In this document: positions 22,232 through 34,400 of the stretch, piece by piece
How the letters are laid out: each line of letters begins with the position of its first letter
How positions within the stretch are numbered: the first letter of the stretch is position 1
DNA from: Amphiscolops sp. MND2022
Taxonomy: Eukaryota
NCBI GenBank assembly: GCA_964187785.1
Contig: OZ076409.1
Location: forward strand, 1,922,001-1,986,000
Reading direction: 5' to 3'
DNA length: 64,000 nt
Program-made: the position numbers and the translations under genes
The notes under the pieces: generated by a model
What the model saw: the letters and a program-made list of their open reading frames with translations, nothing else
Told to the model about the DNA's origin: nothing
The model's database searches: none

Positions 22232-24012
22232 TACATTACCAACCAGGAAATTTACAAACAACAACCCAATTATCCCGGACGATGAATTTATGAGCCCTCC
22301 ACGAGACTATGAACATATGGACAATTGGCTCTTCAGGCCGCACGATGGGACAATCAGCCCCATATCCAGCACCTCTAGTTCAATCGGTTACTTTTCAGGA
22401 AGCGACTGGACAACAGATTCGTCCTGGATGTCTTATGATTCACTGATACATTCTAATTTCCAACCCCCCTTCTTTCCCCCATTCAGGCCGATTTCACCAC
22501 CTCTTCCCATAATGGACGTCCCTCATCAAAGCCGGGGACTGTCACAGCTGCCACAGAGAGAACGCCAGAGCAAAGAAATGGAGAAATCAACCGGGAAGAG
22601 ACGACTAAAACATCACAAACCTGAAAAGAAACAAACAACAAACAAACACTCAAGGATGTTGAATAACCCTGTAAGTGCATGAATATTAATATCTTCAGCC
22701 CAGCGCAGTACCTAAAATACATAGATATGTAAATAATTAAATAATAATAACATACAATGAGTACGATTTGTTTACAGTAATACAGCCGGCACGCTGATTG
22801 AAGACATTCCGATCAGCTACCGGCCAGCTTACTGTCTCAATAGCAAAGCAAAGTATACCTAAGCTTATTGTCCCATTAATTGACCAATCAGCGTTAAGCT
22901 CAAATTCGCAGTATTAATTCAACTACCGTGCTAAACAAACCACCAGTCGACGAAAGCTGGGACGCACGCCTGGCTGCTCGACTGAATCAACCGAAGTGCT
23001 AATATGTTTAAGTGATGTTATGTGTGAACCAAACACAAATTCAAAGCTTAGAGGAAGTTTAAATTGCGCAGTACTCAACAGTAAAGTTGGAAAACGTAAT
23101 ATTTTTATTACATGAAAGTGCGTGTGTAAATTTGTTGATCTTGATAACCGGGACAACCGCCCAGACAACCGTTCAAACAATTAGTGATGTACTAAGCTCG
23201 AATGAGTTATAAATACCGTTGTGATGGTTGTTAATCGTTTAATATACTATGTTTGTTAGCAGAGTGAAGTTTACTCTCTATAACCGCCCGATCAAGTAAT
23301 CCCAAACCCCCCCTTTTCATGTGAATGACTTGTACATTCAACCGGGCCACTCAATCTCGTATGTTTACTGTGCCCACTAGCCAGGCACACGTTTCGTAGT
23401 TAATTTGTTAAATTGCATCAATAATAATCACCGGTACATCTAAGTTGCTATTATCTTTCCCAATTTTAGTAATCCATTAATTTGTGCAGTCTCCCTTTTA
23501 TTGAATAGCCAATTTTCTGTCAAGGGAAATTTCTTTTCTTTTTCCCGCTTCAGTAGCTAGGTTCATGAATTTCAGTGCCAACTTCATCTTCGGCGTCTTG
23601 AAAAGGCGGGGAATGAAGGAGAAAGGGACGCGGAATCGGGAAGCGGCAGGAAGTGAATTCCCACTTTTCTTTTAAGTGAGTTGAAGCCGAACGCCGAGTC
23701 CCGAGGAAGTGTACCTTATTTCAATTTCCTCGCCTCGGAGAGTACGCCGAGGTGAACAAGGTGTGAATTCACGCGCGGGGTTTTCCCGCGTGTCTAGCGT
23801 AAAGTATAAATACCTGAAGCGGGATTAGGAAGGGTTAATTGTTGTTTCAATTTTTCAAGTGTACTTGGCTGTCCGTCAGGATTTACGATTCGGAATAATC
23901 ATTTTACTATTCCTTCTGTATTTAAAATTACTTTGCTTTGTAATAACGTTTGACAAATTGCTTGGAGAAGAACTAGAAGAAGTTGATCTAACTAGGAATG
24001 TAAGCTCCAACA
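22232..24012 (+). mobile_element. 3' fragment of an LTR retrotransposon (copy 1); its LTR (23614-24012) has an internal deletion
   Basis: Purine tract AAAAGGCGGGGAA precedes TGAAGGAG...CTCCAACA (imperfect terminal IR), with a TATAAATA box inside. About 344 bp shorter than the copy at 28182-28924. Includes the Ser/Pro-rich ORF 22290-22682. Confidence 0.65.
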
Positions 24013-25241
24013 GTTTCTAATTTAGTTCTGAGTCTTTTTGTTTCAATATTTTCACAAAATATGTTTTAGAAAATAGGTGGTGGGGGACAGAAAAGAGCCG
24101 TCATTTTAATTTTAAATCATAGACAGTTTCGAAAAGAAACGGCGGCGAGATTTGGTTCCTCCAAATACTTGGAACATTCGGTCAACTGCAAAAGCTTCAG
24201 TTTCTCAGAAAACTTTTTTGAGATGCTATGAAAGACAGGACCTGGGTGTACGTAAAACTCAAACACGTCAACTTCCCATTATGAAAGAAGTTCTGTTTCA
24301 TTCTGATCGTTCAAAAATCCAAATAATTAATAGTTTATGTAACTCAAAGGATAGAATTTTCACAGATAGACCTTAATTCATAACTAATGCTTTGCTTTGC
24401 TCCACAATGAAGCTTCCCGGCATTCTGCAGTCTTGTGATAAAAAAGAAAAACCCTGTTAGGTAATGAAGTTTGAAATTCTTATTGATTTTGCTAATTTCT
24501 AAAAAAACAATTGTTAACTTTTGCAAAAAAGGATAGAAGTTGAAATTTCACCCGTGTTGTCTATATAGAAAATATTGTAAATTCATTTTTTGAGTCTAAA
24601 TATAAAGCAGATTTTCAAGATGCCTTATTCACTGACTAATTACACACGATCAGTTTGAGGATAACAATGTGTACATGTAGAAAGATAATCAAAAATTCGA
24701 GGTCCCAGGCATATACCCAATCTCAGTGATTGTACTGAAAAAATTTCAGTGAAGATTATCTATTTTTCCAGGCAAGCTTTAAGGGCCTCAAAGTCTGACT
24801 GTTCAATCATTGGGCAGTGGTAATTTGAAGGGTAAATTTAAATTTTTTCTGGGATATCCAAAAGCTCAAAAACTTAGATCCCAAATCAAATGTTTTTCAT
24901 TACATAGAAAGATCTTCAAGGGTAATAATATCCGCAATAATTGCCATCGTTGTTTTAAAAAAAACACGATTGTACACTATGTTAATTATCACGAAATGTT
25001 TATAATAACGCATGAGATAGCGCTTGATACTCAATAGTTTTAGAGAAATTTAACACAAATTTAAACATTAATACCAAAAAGGGGTTTCATTCTTTCATCA
25101 CAAGACTATATATATATAATTGGACTCTTTTTTGTCAGCAAAATAAAGATCTTTTATACTTCGAGTTTGATCCAAAAATAGATACTTCAAATTTGGTCTC
25201 AAAAAACGTAAATGGGGGAACAGAAAAAAAATCTATTAAAG

Positions 25242-25437
25242 GTTTTTTTGGCTTGGCAACATACTTGTTTACATCACTGCCCTCACCAGTTGATGAATCA
25301 ATTCTTGTTTCTCCAAGATGTCAACCTACAGAGATTCATTGGCCCTTACGACTATGTAGCCAAAACAGATCCCGACACGTTTTTAACACCCGCTTTTTTT
25401 CTGTGGAAATTTCCAGAGTCCGTAGAATTCGTTGCAG
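25242..25437 (+). CDS. Duplicate of the DxD-motif host exon (copy 2)
   Basis: Identical to 6442-6637 except a synonymous GCA/GCT. Splice sites are retained. Confidence 0.65.
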
Positions 25438-26799
25438 GTAACATTTTAACAATTAAATCACAAACGGATGAAATATCCCCCTTCAAAGTAATTTTCGCGC
25501 TTTTCTGTACCCCCCCCCACCATCAATTTTTTTATTGAAATTTTTTTTTCAAAATTCAACCTGGTTGAATTCGAAGTGAAGTTTTTCCCATAATAGGATT
25601 AACTTCTATTGGAATAGTTTTCATTTGAACAAAACATTTTTCACACAATTTGACTGTGAAAATGTTGAAAATTAACCGTTTTCTGTGACTTAAAACAGGA
25701 AGTTGTTGAGTTTTCAACAAGAATGCGTGACTTCATAACTAAAAATAGCGTGAACAAAGTTGGTTCTGAATTCTAAACTGTCATACTGAGAATGAATATA
25801 AAAGTAAAGGTTTCTAATTTAGTTCTAAGTCTTTTTGTTTCAATATTTTCACAAAATATGTTTTAGAAAAAAGGTGGTGGGGGACAGAAAAGAGCCGTCA
25901 TTTTAATTTTAAATCAGAGACAGTTTCGAAAAGCAACGGCGGCGAGATTTCGTTCCTCCAAATACTTGGAACATTCGGTCAACTGCAAAAGCTTCAGTTT
26001 CTCAGATAACTTTTTTGAGATGCTATGAAAGACAGGACCTGGGTGTACGTAAGACTCAAACACGTCAACTTCCCATTATGAAAGAAGGTTTTACTTTTAA
26101 CTAGGCTAGTCTAATGATTTTAAGAAAAGTTACTTCCAAAAATTTTGGTGTTTTGGGGGGGGGGGGCAGAAAAGTGCCCTCAACACAAGAAACTTCAACA
26201 CGCTTCGCACTTCATATTAACTTCAGTTCAAAGGTGAAAAATTACTCAGTATCTCTCAATAAACAAACTAATTTGTGCCTTTGGATGATTAACCTTCACT
26301 CTTGGTTATACCAAAGCCTCGATTAATTATAACTATCAACTATTTAATAAATCAACGTGCACAACTTTCGTGAAAACTGAAACAGAAAGTTATATGAGAA
26401 GCCACTGAGAATTTCTTGCGTTGTGTCGCAGGCGGCCGCCGGTGACGGGACTATGATTACGACTTCAGAATCTGGACCAGAAGCCGCATGTATACTTCCG
26501 ACATATTAAAAGTAAAACTTTTGCTTTGACTACACTATTTTGGATTGCCCTTTTGTCATGAATTGTTGCATTTAGTAATGATACTAGATTTGCAAATAGT
26601 ATTGGTCTGTTAAATTTTACAATCTGAAATATGCAGATCAAGAACCAGAAGTGCTGTTTGTAACAGATTACAAATGAGATGTAAATGCAGAAAGTTGAAG
26701 CGGATGTATAACACTGCGTAGAAGTACGGAAACTAGATCATGTGAGCTTCTGTACTTCTGCGGCAGCGATACTTTCAAGCATATTATTACCCAATCAGA

Positions 26800-28924
26800 T
26801 ACATTACCAACCAGGAATTTTACAAACAACAACCCAGTTATCCCGGACGACGAATTTATGAGCCCTCCACGAGACTATGAACACATGGACAATTGGCTCT
26901 TCAGGCCGCACGATGGGACAATCAGCCCCATATCCAGCACCTCTAGTTCAATCGGTTACTTTTCAGGAAGCGACTGGACAACAGATTCGTCCTGGATGTC
27001 TTATGAATCACTGATACATTCTAATTTCCAACCCCCCTTCTCTTCCCCATTCAGGCCGATTTCACCACCTCTTCCCATAATGGACGTCCCTCATCAAAGC
27101 CGGAGACTGTCACAGCTGCCACAGAGAGAACGCCAGAGCAAAGAAATGGAGAAATCAACCGGAAAGAGACGACTAAAACATCACAAACCTGAAAAGAAAC
27201 AAACAACAAAAAAACACTCAAGGATGTTGAATAACCCTGTAAGTGCATGAATATTAATATCTTCAGCCCAGCGCAGTACCTAAAATACATAGATATGTAA
27301 ATAATTAAATAATAATAACATACAATGAGTACGATTTGTTTACAGTAATACAGCCGGCACGCTGATTGAAGACATTCCGATCAGCTACCGGCCAGCTCAC
27401 TGTCTCAATAGCAAAGCAAAGTATACCTAAGCTTATTGTCCTATTAATTGACCAATCAGCGTTAAGCGCAAATTCGCAGTCTTAATTCAACTACCGTGCT
27501 AAACAAACCACCAGTCGACGAAAGCTGGGACGCACGCCTGGCTGCTCGACTGAATCAACCGAAGTGCTACTATATTTAAGTGATGCTATGTGTGAACCAA
27601 ACACAAATTCAAAGCTTAGAAGAAGTTTAAATTGCGCAGTACTCAACAGTGAAGTTGGAAAACGTAATATTTTTAATACATGAAAGTGCGTGTGTAAATT
27701 TGTTGACCTTGATAACCGGGACAACCGCCCAGACAACCGTTTACACAATTAGTGATGTACTAAGCTCGAATGAGTTATAAATACCGTTGTGATGGTTGTT
27801 AATCGTTTAATATACTATGTTTGTTAGCAGAGTGAAGTTTACTCTCCATAACCGCCCGATCAAGTAATCCCAAACCCCCCCTTTTCATGTGAATGACTTG
27901 TACATTCAACCGGGCCACTCAATCTCGTATGTTTACTGTGCCCACTAGCCAGGCACACGTTTCGTAGTTAATTTGTTAAATTGCATCAATAATAATCACC
28001 GGTACATCTAAGTTGCTATTATCTTTCCCAATTTTAGTATTCCATTAATTTGTGCAGTCTCCCTTTTATTGAATAGCCAATTTTCTGTCAAGGGAAATTT
28101 CTTTTCTTTTTCCCGCTTCAGTAGCTAGGTTCATGAATTTCAGTGCCAACTTCATCTTCGGCGTCTTGAAAAGGCGGGGAATGAAGGAGAAAGGGACGCG
28201 GAATCGGGAAGCGGCAGGAAGTGAATTCCCACTTTTCTTTTAAGTGAGTTGAAGCCGAACGCCGAGCCCCGAGGAAGTGTACCTTATTTCGATTTCCCCG
28301 CCTCCGAGAGTACGCCGAGGTGAACAAGGTGTGAATTCACGCGCGGGGTTTTCCCTGCGTGTCTAGCGTAAAGTATAAATACCTGAAGCGGGATTAGGAA
28401 GGGTTAATTGTTGTTTCAATTTTTCAAGTGTACTTGGCTGTCCGTCAGGATTTACGATTCGGAATAATCATTTTACTATTCCTTCTGTATTGAAAATTAC
28501 TTTGCTTTGTAATAACGTTTGACAAATTGTTTGACTGACATTCCCATTGCGTTTAAAGCAATTTCGGTTCAATTGAAGTATTATTCCACTACCAATTTTA
28601 CAAGATGCCAGAGAGATCACCAGTCCACTAGCCAGCTAGAAGTAGAGACTGCGAGTTCGATCAATGACAAAAATACTGTGCTGTCAGAAAAAGATTTTGA
28701 AGATATCTCTAATAAGATTGAAAATAAGATTTCTAAACATCTCAGGGATACCGAACTTAATCAACGCGAAATACTAAGGTTGATTGAAAGCCTATCATCT
28801 AAGGTAGATAACTTGTCTAGCGTCAACTCTGAGCAAGGTTACTTAACCACTAGAACTGAAAACAGCGGAAACCCCACTGAAGAACTAGAAGAAGTTGATC
28901 TAACTAGGAATGTAAGCTCCAACA
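26800..28924 (+). mobile_element. 3' fragment of an LTR retrotransposon (copy 2) with full 743-bp LTR (28182-28924)
   Basis: PPT followed by TGAAGGAG...CTCCAACA. The U5 half holds a coiled-coil gag-like open frame (28519-28932). Confidence 0.7.
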
Positions 28925-30638
28925 GTTTCTAATTTAGTTCTGAGTCTTTTTGTTTCAATATTTTCACAAAATATGTTTTAGAAAATAGGTGGTGGGGGAC
29001 AGAAAAGAGCCGTCATTTTAATTTTAAATCATAGACAGTTTCGAAAAGCAACGGTGGCGAGATTTGGTTCCTCCAATCACTTGGAACATTCGGTCAACTG
29101 CAAAAGCTTCAGATTCTCAGAAAATTTTTTTGAGATGCTATGAAAGACAGGACCTGGGTGTACGTAAAACTCAAACACGTCAACTTCCCATTATGAAAGA
29201 AGGTTTTACTTTTAACTAGGCTAGTCTAATGTTTTTAAGAAAAATTACTTCCAAAAATTTTGGTGTTTTGGGGGGGGGACAGAAAAGTACCCGCAACACA
29301 AGAAATTTCAACACGCTTCGCACTTCATATTAATTTCAGTTCAAAAGTGAAAAATTACTCAGTATCTCTCAATAAACTAACTAATTTGTGCCTTTGGATG
29401 ATTTACCTTCACTCTTGGTTATACCAATGCCTCGATTAATTATAACTATCAACTATTTAATAAATCAACGTGCACAACTTTCGTGAAAACTGAAACGGAA
29501 AGTTATATGAGAAGCCACTGAGAATTTCTTTCGTTGGGTCGCAGGCGGTCGCCGGTGACGGGACTATCATTACGACTTCAGAATCTGGACCAGAAGCCGC
29601 ATGTATACTTCCGACATATTAAAACTGAAACTTTTGCTTTGACTACACTATTTTAGATTGCCCTTTTGTCAAGAATTGTTGCATTTAGTAATGATATTAG
29701 ATTTGCATTTAGTATTAGTCTGTTAAATTTTACAATCTGAAGTATGCAGATCAAGAACAAGAAGTGCTGTTTGTAACAGATTACAAATGAGATGTAAATG
29801 CAGAAAGTTGAAGCGAATGTATAACACTGCGTAGAAGTACGGAAACTAGATCAAGTGAGCTTCTGTACTTCTGCGGCAGCGATACTTTCAAGCATATTAT
29901 TACCCAATCAGAGTGCAGTATCATTATTTGCCGATTACGGACGTTTGACTGGAGAGCTTGTTGTGCAATATGAGAATAAGGCAATTGGCCAGTTCCGGTC
30001 CGATAAAGTAGTGCTTGATGAAAGTGCAATGAAGGATTAAATAATAACTAGTTTCACGCTCATGTATTATATAGATGCTTAGAAGTTCTGTTAATGTTTA
30101 TTATCTCCATTATCAATCTCCGGACCTAATCCGGCAGACAGAACATGTCAACTACTAGCTCGACAGCTTTTTTAGGTAGCATTCCCAATGTTGTAAGAAC
30201 GTGTAAATTTAACGCCTAATATTTTCATTTACTTTTTACGTTACATGCTTAGGCACGTGCCCAGTTGTGCCATTGCGCATTTTAAATATCCCGGTTGATG
30301 AAGTTAAATTGAAAGTGATGACTGTTTACGACCACGAGACATAATCCCGAATGCTTTGCTTTGAACTGAATTCCTTTAATGCACTGACATGAATGTTGTT
30401 GGTGCTATATCAAAGCAGTGCGGGTGGTCATGCGAAGACCTTAGTTGATGGGTTTGAAATGTTATTGTCAATACCCGTTCAAATATGTGAAGTATGTGAG
30501 TGTCATTCCCCTGGGGTTATAAATAGTAGTAACACTCCCAGGAAGAACACAATTATCCGAACTATGATAGTTTTCAGACCATATCCAAATACAAATTTTT
30601 CAATTGGAATTCAAATTTTTCATATCGGAGATTTTCAA

Positions 30639-31219
30639 ATGCTTACGACAAGAAAGCAGAAAAGGAAAGCAAGAAAATCTAGAGAGGCAGATATGTTGCC
30701 TGACATAGAAAACAATCACATTATGTTAGGTACCAATCACTTTGAAAGAGAAGAGAGTGATTTTAGTAACTTTGTCAGAAAACCTGAAAGTCCAAATTAC
30801 CATACTTTGGGATACGAAACAGTGATCCCAATCCACAATTTGATTCTGGAGATAATGGAACAAGGAATCTTGTCAAACACGGCCTCAATTCAAGAGGTAC
30901 CGTTTCTAGTGTCGAGTTTAGTAGGTTATCAGGAGAACTTAATCAAAGGATCACCATGGAGATGAATGGACTAATGAATAGTGTCAGTATCCAAATCCAA
31001 AGGGCTATAAGTGAAGCAATCAATGTGCAAGTGTTACCTCAAGTCCAAGCCTCGTTATGTTTGATTTCGGGCAAATGCCACAAAAGGGATGGAACGTTCC
31101 GTTCGAGAGACCAGAATACAGGTCCGAAGGAACCCTTAATCGCAAGGTCAGAAGTAGTTCAGGAAATGAGGTTCTCCGAAGCCGATTTCGTGAAGAAGAT
31201 GAAGAGGAGTCTCATGACA
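30639..31219 (+). pseudogene. Degenerate gag-like / LTR fragment (MLTTRKQKRKARKSREADML...EEESHD)
   Basis: Frameshifted coding-like stretch ending at CATGACA, like an LTR end. The 5' boundary and TSD were not found. Confidence 0.45.
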
Positions 31220-31443
31220 CTTGAATTTCTTGTGTTGAGTTTTTTGGTGTTGTTCATACTTTGTTTTCTCAACTACCCATCTGATGTGATCACCGCTTCT
31301 CAAATAGCTCGCTAAACATGACCTAATTTTTTTTACTACGTTTGCTGTTTATTACGCAACTGAAGTTATTTTGCATTAAGCTAGCAGTAAAACTGATAGC
31401 AAGTTATTTGTTTTTAAAATTATAGCTGCTGCGTAACAAATCT

Positions 31444-34400
31444 GGGTTCTTTTCTGTTTCCACCCCCCCCCCTCCATCATAATTTTTTTAAAAAATTAGT
31501 GGAAATCGTATACCAAATAGACTTGAATACAAACCAGAAAACTTCATTTTCAAATTTATTCTCAGGGTGATAGCTTAGGATTCAGGTCCAAACTTTTTTC
31601 ACGCTTTTTCCCTATGTAGTTGTCACAGTCCGCGTCCGGACTGGACAGAATTAAAAACAAACTAAAACTAATCTAGGTCACTGCTTCGCCTATACGATTG
31701 AATTTGCGTCGCGACTACGTCACTGCATTGGCGGCTAGCTAGAGTTTCATTCCAAAATGTGACGTCAGCATCTCGTCTAACTTGGCAGCTAGTCAGAAAT
31801 TCATTCCAAAATGTGACGTCAGCATCTCGTCTAACTTGGCAACTAGTTAGAAAGTATTCCAAATCAGACGACGATATGACGTCACAGCTATGGCAGCTAG
31901 CTTATTTTCATTCCAAATTTACGTCCACACAAAGTCCACTATATCGACGGACTAAGTCTAATACTAATGCGTACGTCCACGTTACGTCGCAAATCCATCA
32001 AAATAGCTGTTTTAATCCATCCAAAAAACCACATTTACGTCCACGCTACGTCCACTATATTGGAGGACTAAGTCTAATACCAAATTTACGTCCACTCTAC
32101 GTCCCAAATTTATGAAATTAGGCGTTTTAGTCAGTATTAAATTTAAAAGAAGCTTTATTTTACTACGGTAAAACTAATCGGAGCTAGAATATGAATCAAC
32201 GTCAACACTACGTCGCAATTTAACTAACCAAACCCAATGTTGAATCTACGTCGGTATTGCGTCGACTAAGATTCTATTCGAACGGAATATGGTATTTAAA
32301 CCAAAATTTTTCAGACTGACTTAAAATAACAGTGTTTTAACACTATTTAAATTGGAGAGTCACAGTTTATATTCAATTTGTGTTAATAAAGTGCAGTCTA
32401 AGCAGGTTTTTTAAATTATGCTCTTTTTACCTAATTTATTAAATTCATTGGCTGTTTGACGATGTCATGTCGTCTTTTATTGTTGCTCAAAGGTGTTGCT
32501 CTCAACTTTAATCAGATAAATAATTGTTAATTGGTGAAATATTTAATTGTTTAGCCTCATGTAAATCAGTCACTCTCTTAGCATCTCTAAATTGCCTAAA
32601 TCAAAATAATTAGGCATAATTTTCTTCAAGTAAAAATTCAAAATCAGGTATTAGTTGTTCACGGCAGCGTCATCTCGGCGTCGGTTTCTTACGAACCAAA
32701 GCAGAAAAACGGGGAAATATTTCCGGTTTGACAGACTGAAGTAATATCTACTTCCTGCTTGGGAGGAAACAAAAGGACGCCGGAATGAAATGATATGATC
32801 ATGGTTGATGACTAATACTAGATTAGAATTGCCGTGTCTTAAAAATTGACGAAATGCTGACGAAGATCAAAATTTTGCCGCAAAGATACAGGAAGTGACT
32901 AATATCTCGATGGAAATTAAAGTACGCGGGTATGAACAGAGGATGCTAGGAGGGTAAATATAGCTCGTACCTGTAAACTTATTCATTCAACTTCTGATTC
33001 AATCTGCTGTCTTGTATCAAATTCTACTTTGTTTTGTTAAAACAATTACTCTGCAAACTTCAATTCAAATGGATAAATCCGAAACTCTTTTCATCAAGAG
33101 AAGCTAGAAAATGAGAATGTCCTTCAAAAAAGCAACAAAAATAATCAGAAACGTACAGAACAACGACTCTAACCGGAGTCGTAACATGGTGACAGGAGTT
33201 TTGGACCTTTCAACAAATGTACCCAAAAAAACCTCAGCATAAACTACGTCCAAACATCGTCCCTCCACATTGTGGATGCTCTTCGCCCTGGAAATGAAAA
33301 CAAACCTACACCAATCCAACGCCAAATTGTCAAAGAAACTTCGCGAACTCGTCGACCGTGAGAATCTTGACCCAAGACGCAGCTTCACCAAAAAACGATA
33401 TTGGAATCAACAACAATTTCAAAGTGAAATTAACCCAGAAGAACGACGGCTCCGTCTACATAAAAAGACTCGCCAGAACCCATCAATCTCATAGCAGACC
33501 TCACAGACCCTCCCATTCTTCAAACCCGCAAACCAAATAATTGAGCAACATAACCCAAAAGGCAAATGGAGACTTGTTGACCTACTGATGATAAACCAGT
33601 TGAAATTCGACGACTGCAACAACCACAACTATCCCGTCAGTACATCGTCAGATGCAGTCCAACACTTGTCGAGGACATCGATTACCACAACACGTGGTTC
33701 CAAAAGCTGGCATCATGCTCTTTGGGTGATTCCAGAGACAGTTAAATTATTTCACATCCGTAAGTTTAAAAAAGTAGAATCTTCCTGATGCTGAGTTGTG
33801 CGTTAGAAAGATGACAATGGCATAGTCGCTGAAGCACACATTCCCGAGGAGACGCGTCAGAAAATCTAAGCTGTGGAAATACTGATAGAGTAGGCCACTC
33901 TGTCATAAGTATTAAACACAAAAGCTTAATGGAACGGGGAATGTAACAAACCTAAGGGTTGTTGAATATCCAGCGCGCCGGCGTCACTAATACGCACATC
34001 TCCCTCAGAGCACAAACATGAGCCTTATTATCACTTTGCACATCATGGTCTTTTAAGATCATATGGATCTGAGAATGACCGAGTTCAAAGAGCCCATAAA
34101 TACTGACGTCATCAAAACGGTGACAAAACCAAAAGTTGGCTAATTACCAACGAAATTGACGTCGGCATAACGTCGACACAAGGGTTATCAGGGTTAAGAA
34201 TTAATCCTATAACCTATAATGACGTCATCAAAGCGGTGACAAATTCAAAAGTTAGCTATGCTAACGAAATTGACGTCAGCAAAACGTTGACAACTTGGTC
34301 AAACGAATTAATTTAATTCGTGGCCAATAAAAACATGACGTTGGCAAAACGTCAACACCTGGGACTACAAAGGAATTAAAAAACAGCTTCTACCACCTCC

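Larger units (their letters stand above)
5498..24290 (+). repeat. Tandem segmental duplication, copy 1 (about 4.5 kb once the Polinton is removed)
   Basis: 5498-7298 plus 21547-24290 is colinear and highly similar to 24296-29200. The junction has a 5-nt filler TTCTG at 24291-24295. Confidence 0.9.
24296..29200 (+). repeat. Tandem segmental duplication, copy 2 (Polinton-free)
   Basis: Colinear with copy 1. Has a single copy of the Polinton target sequence at 26070-26111. Confidence 0.9.

Noticed and set aside
31740..32110. Short spaced repeats resembling a CRISPR array
   Set aside because: These are 54-bp tandem and ACGTC repeats in an LTR, with no unique spacers, no cas genes and a eukaryotic context.
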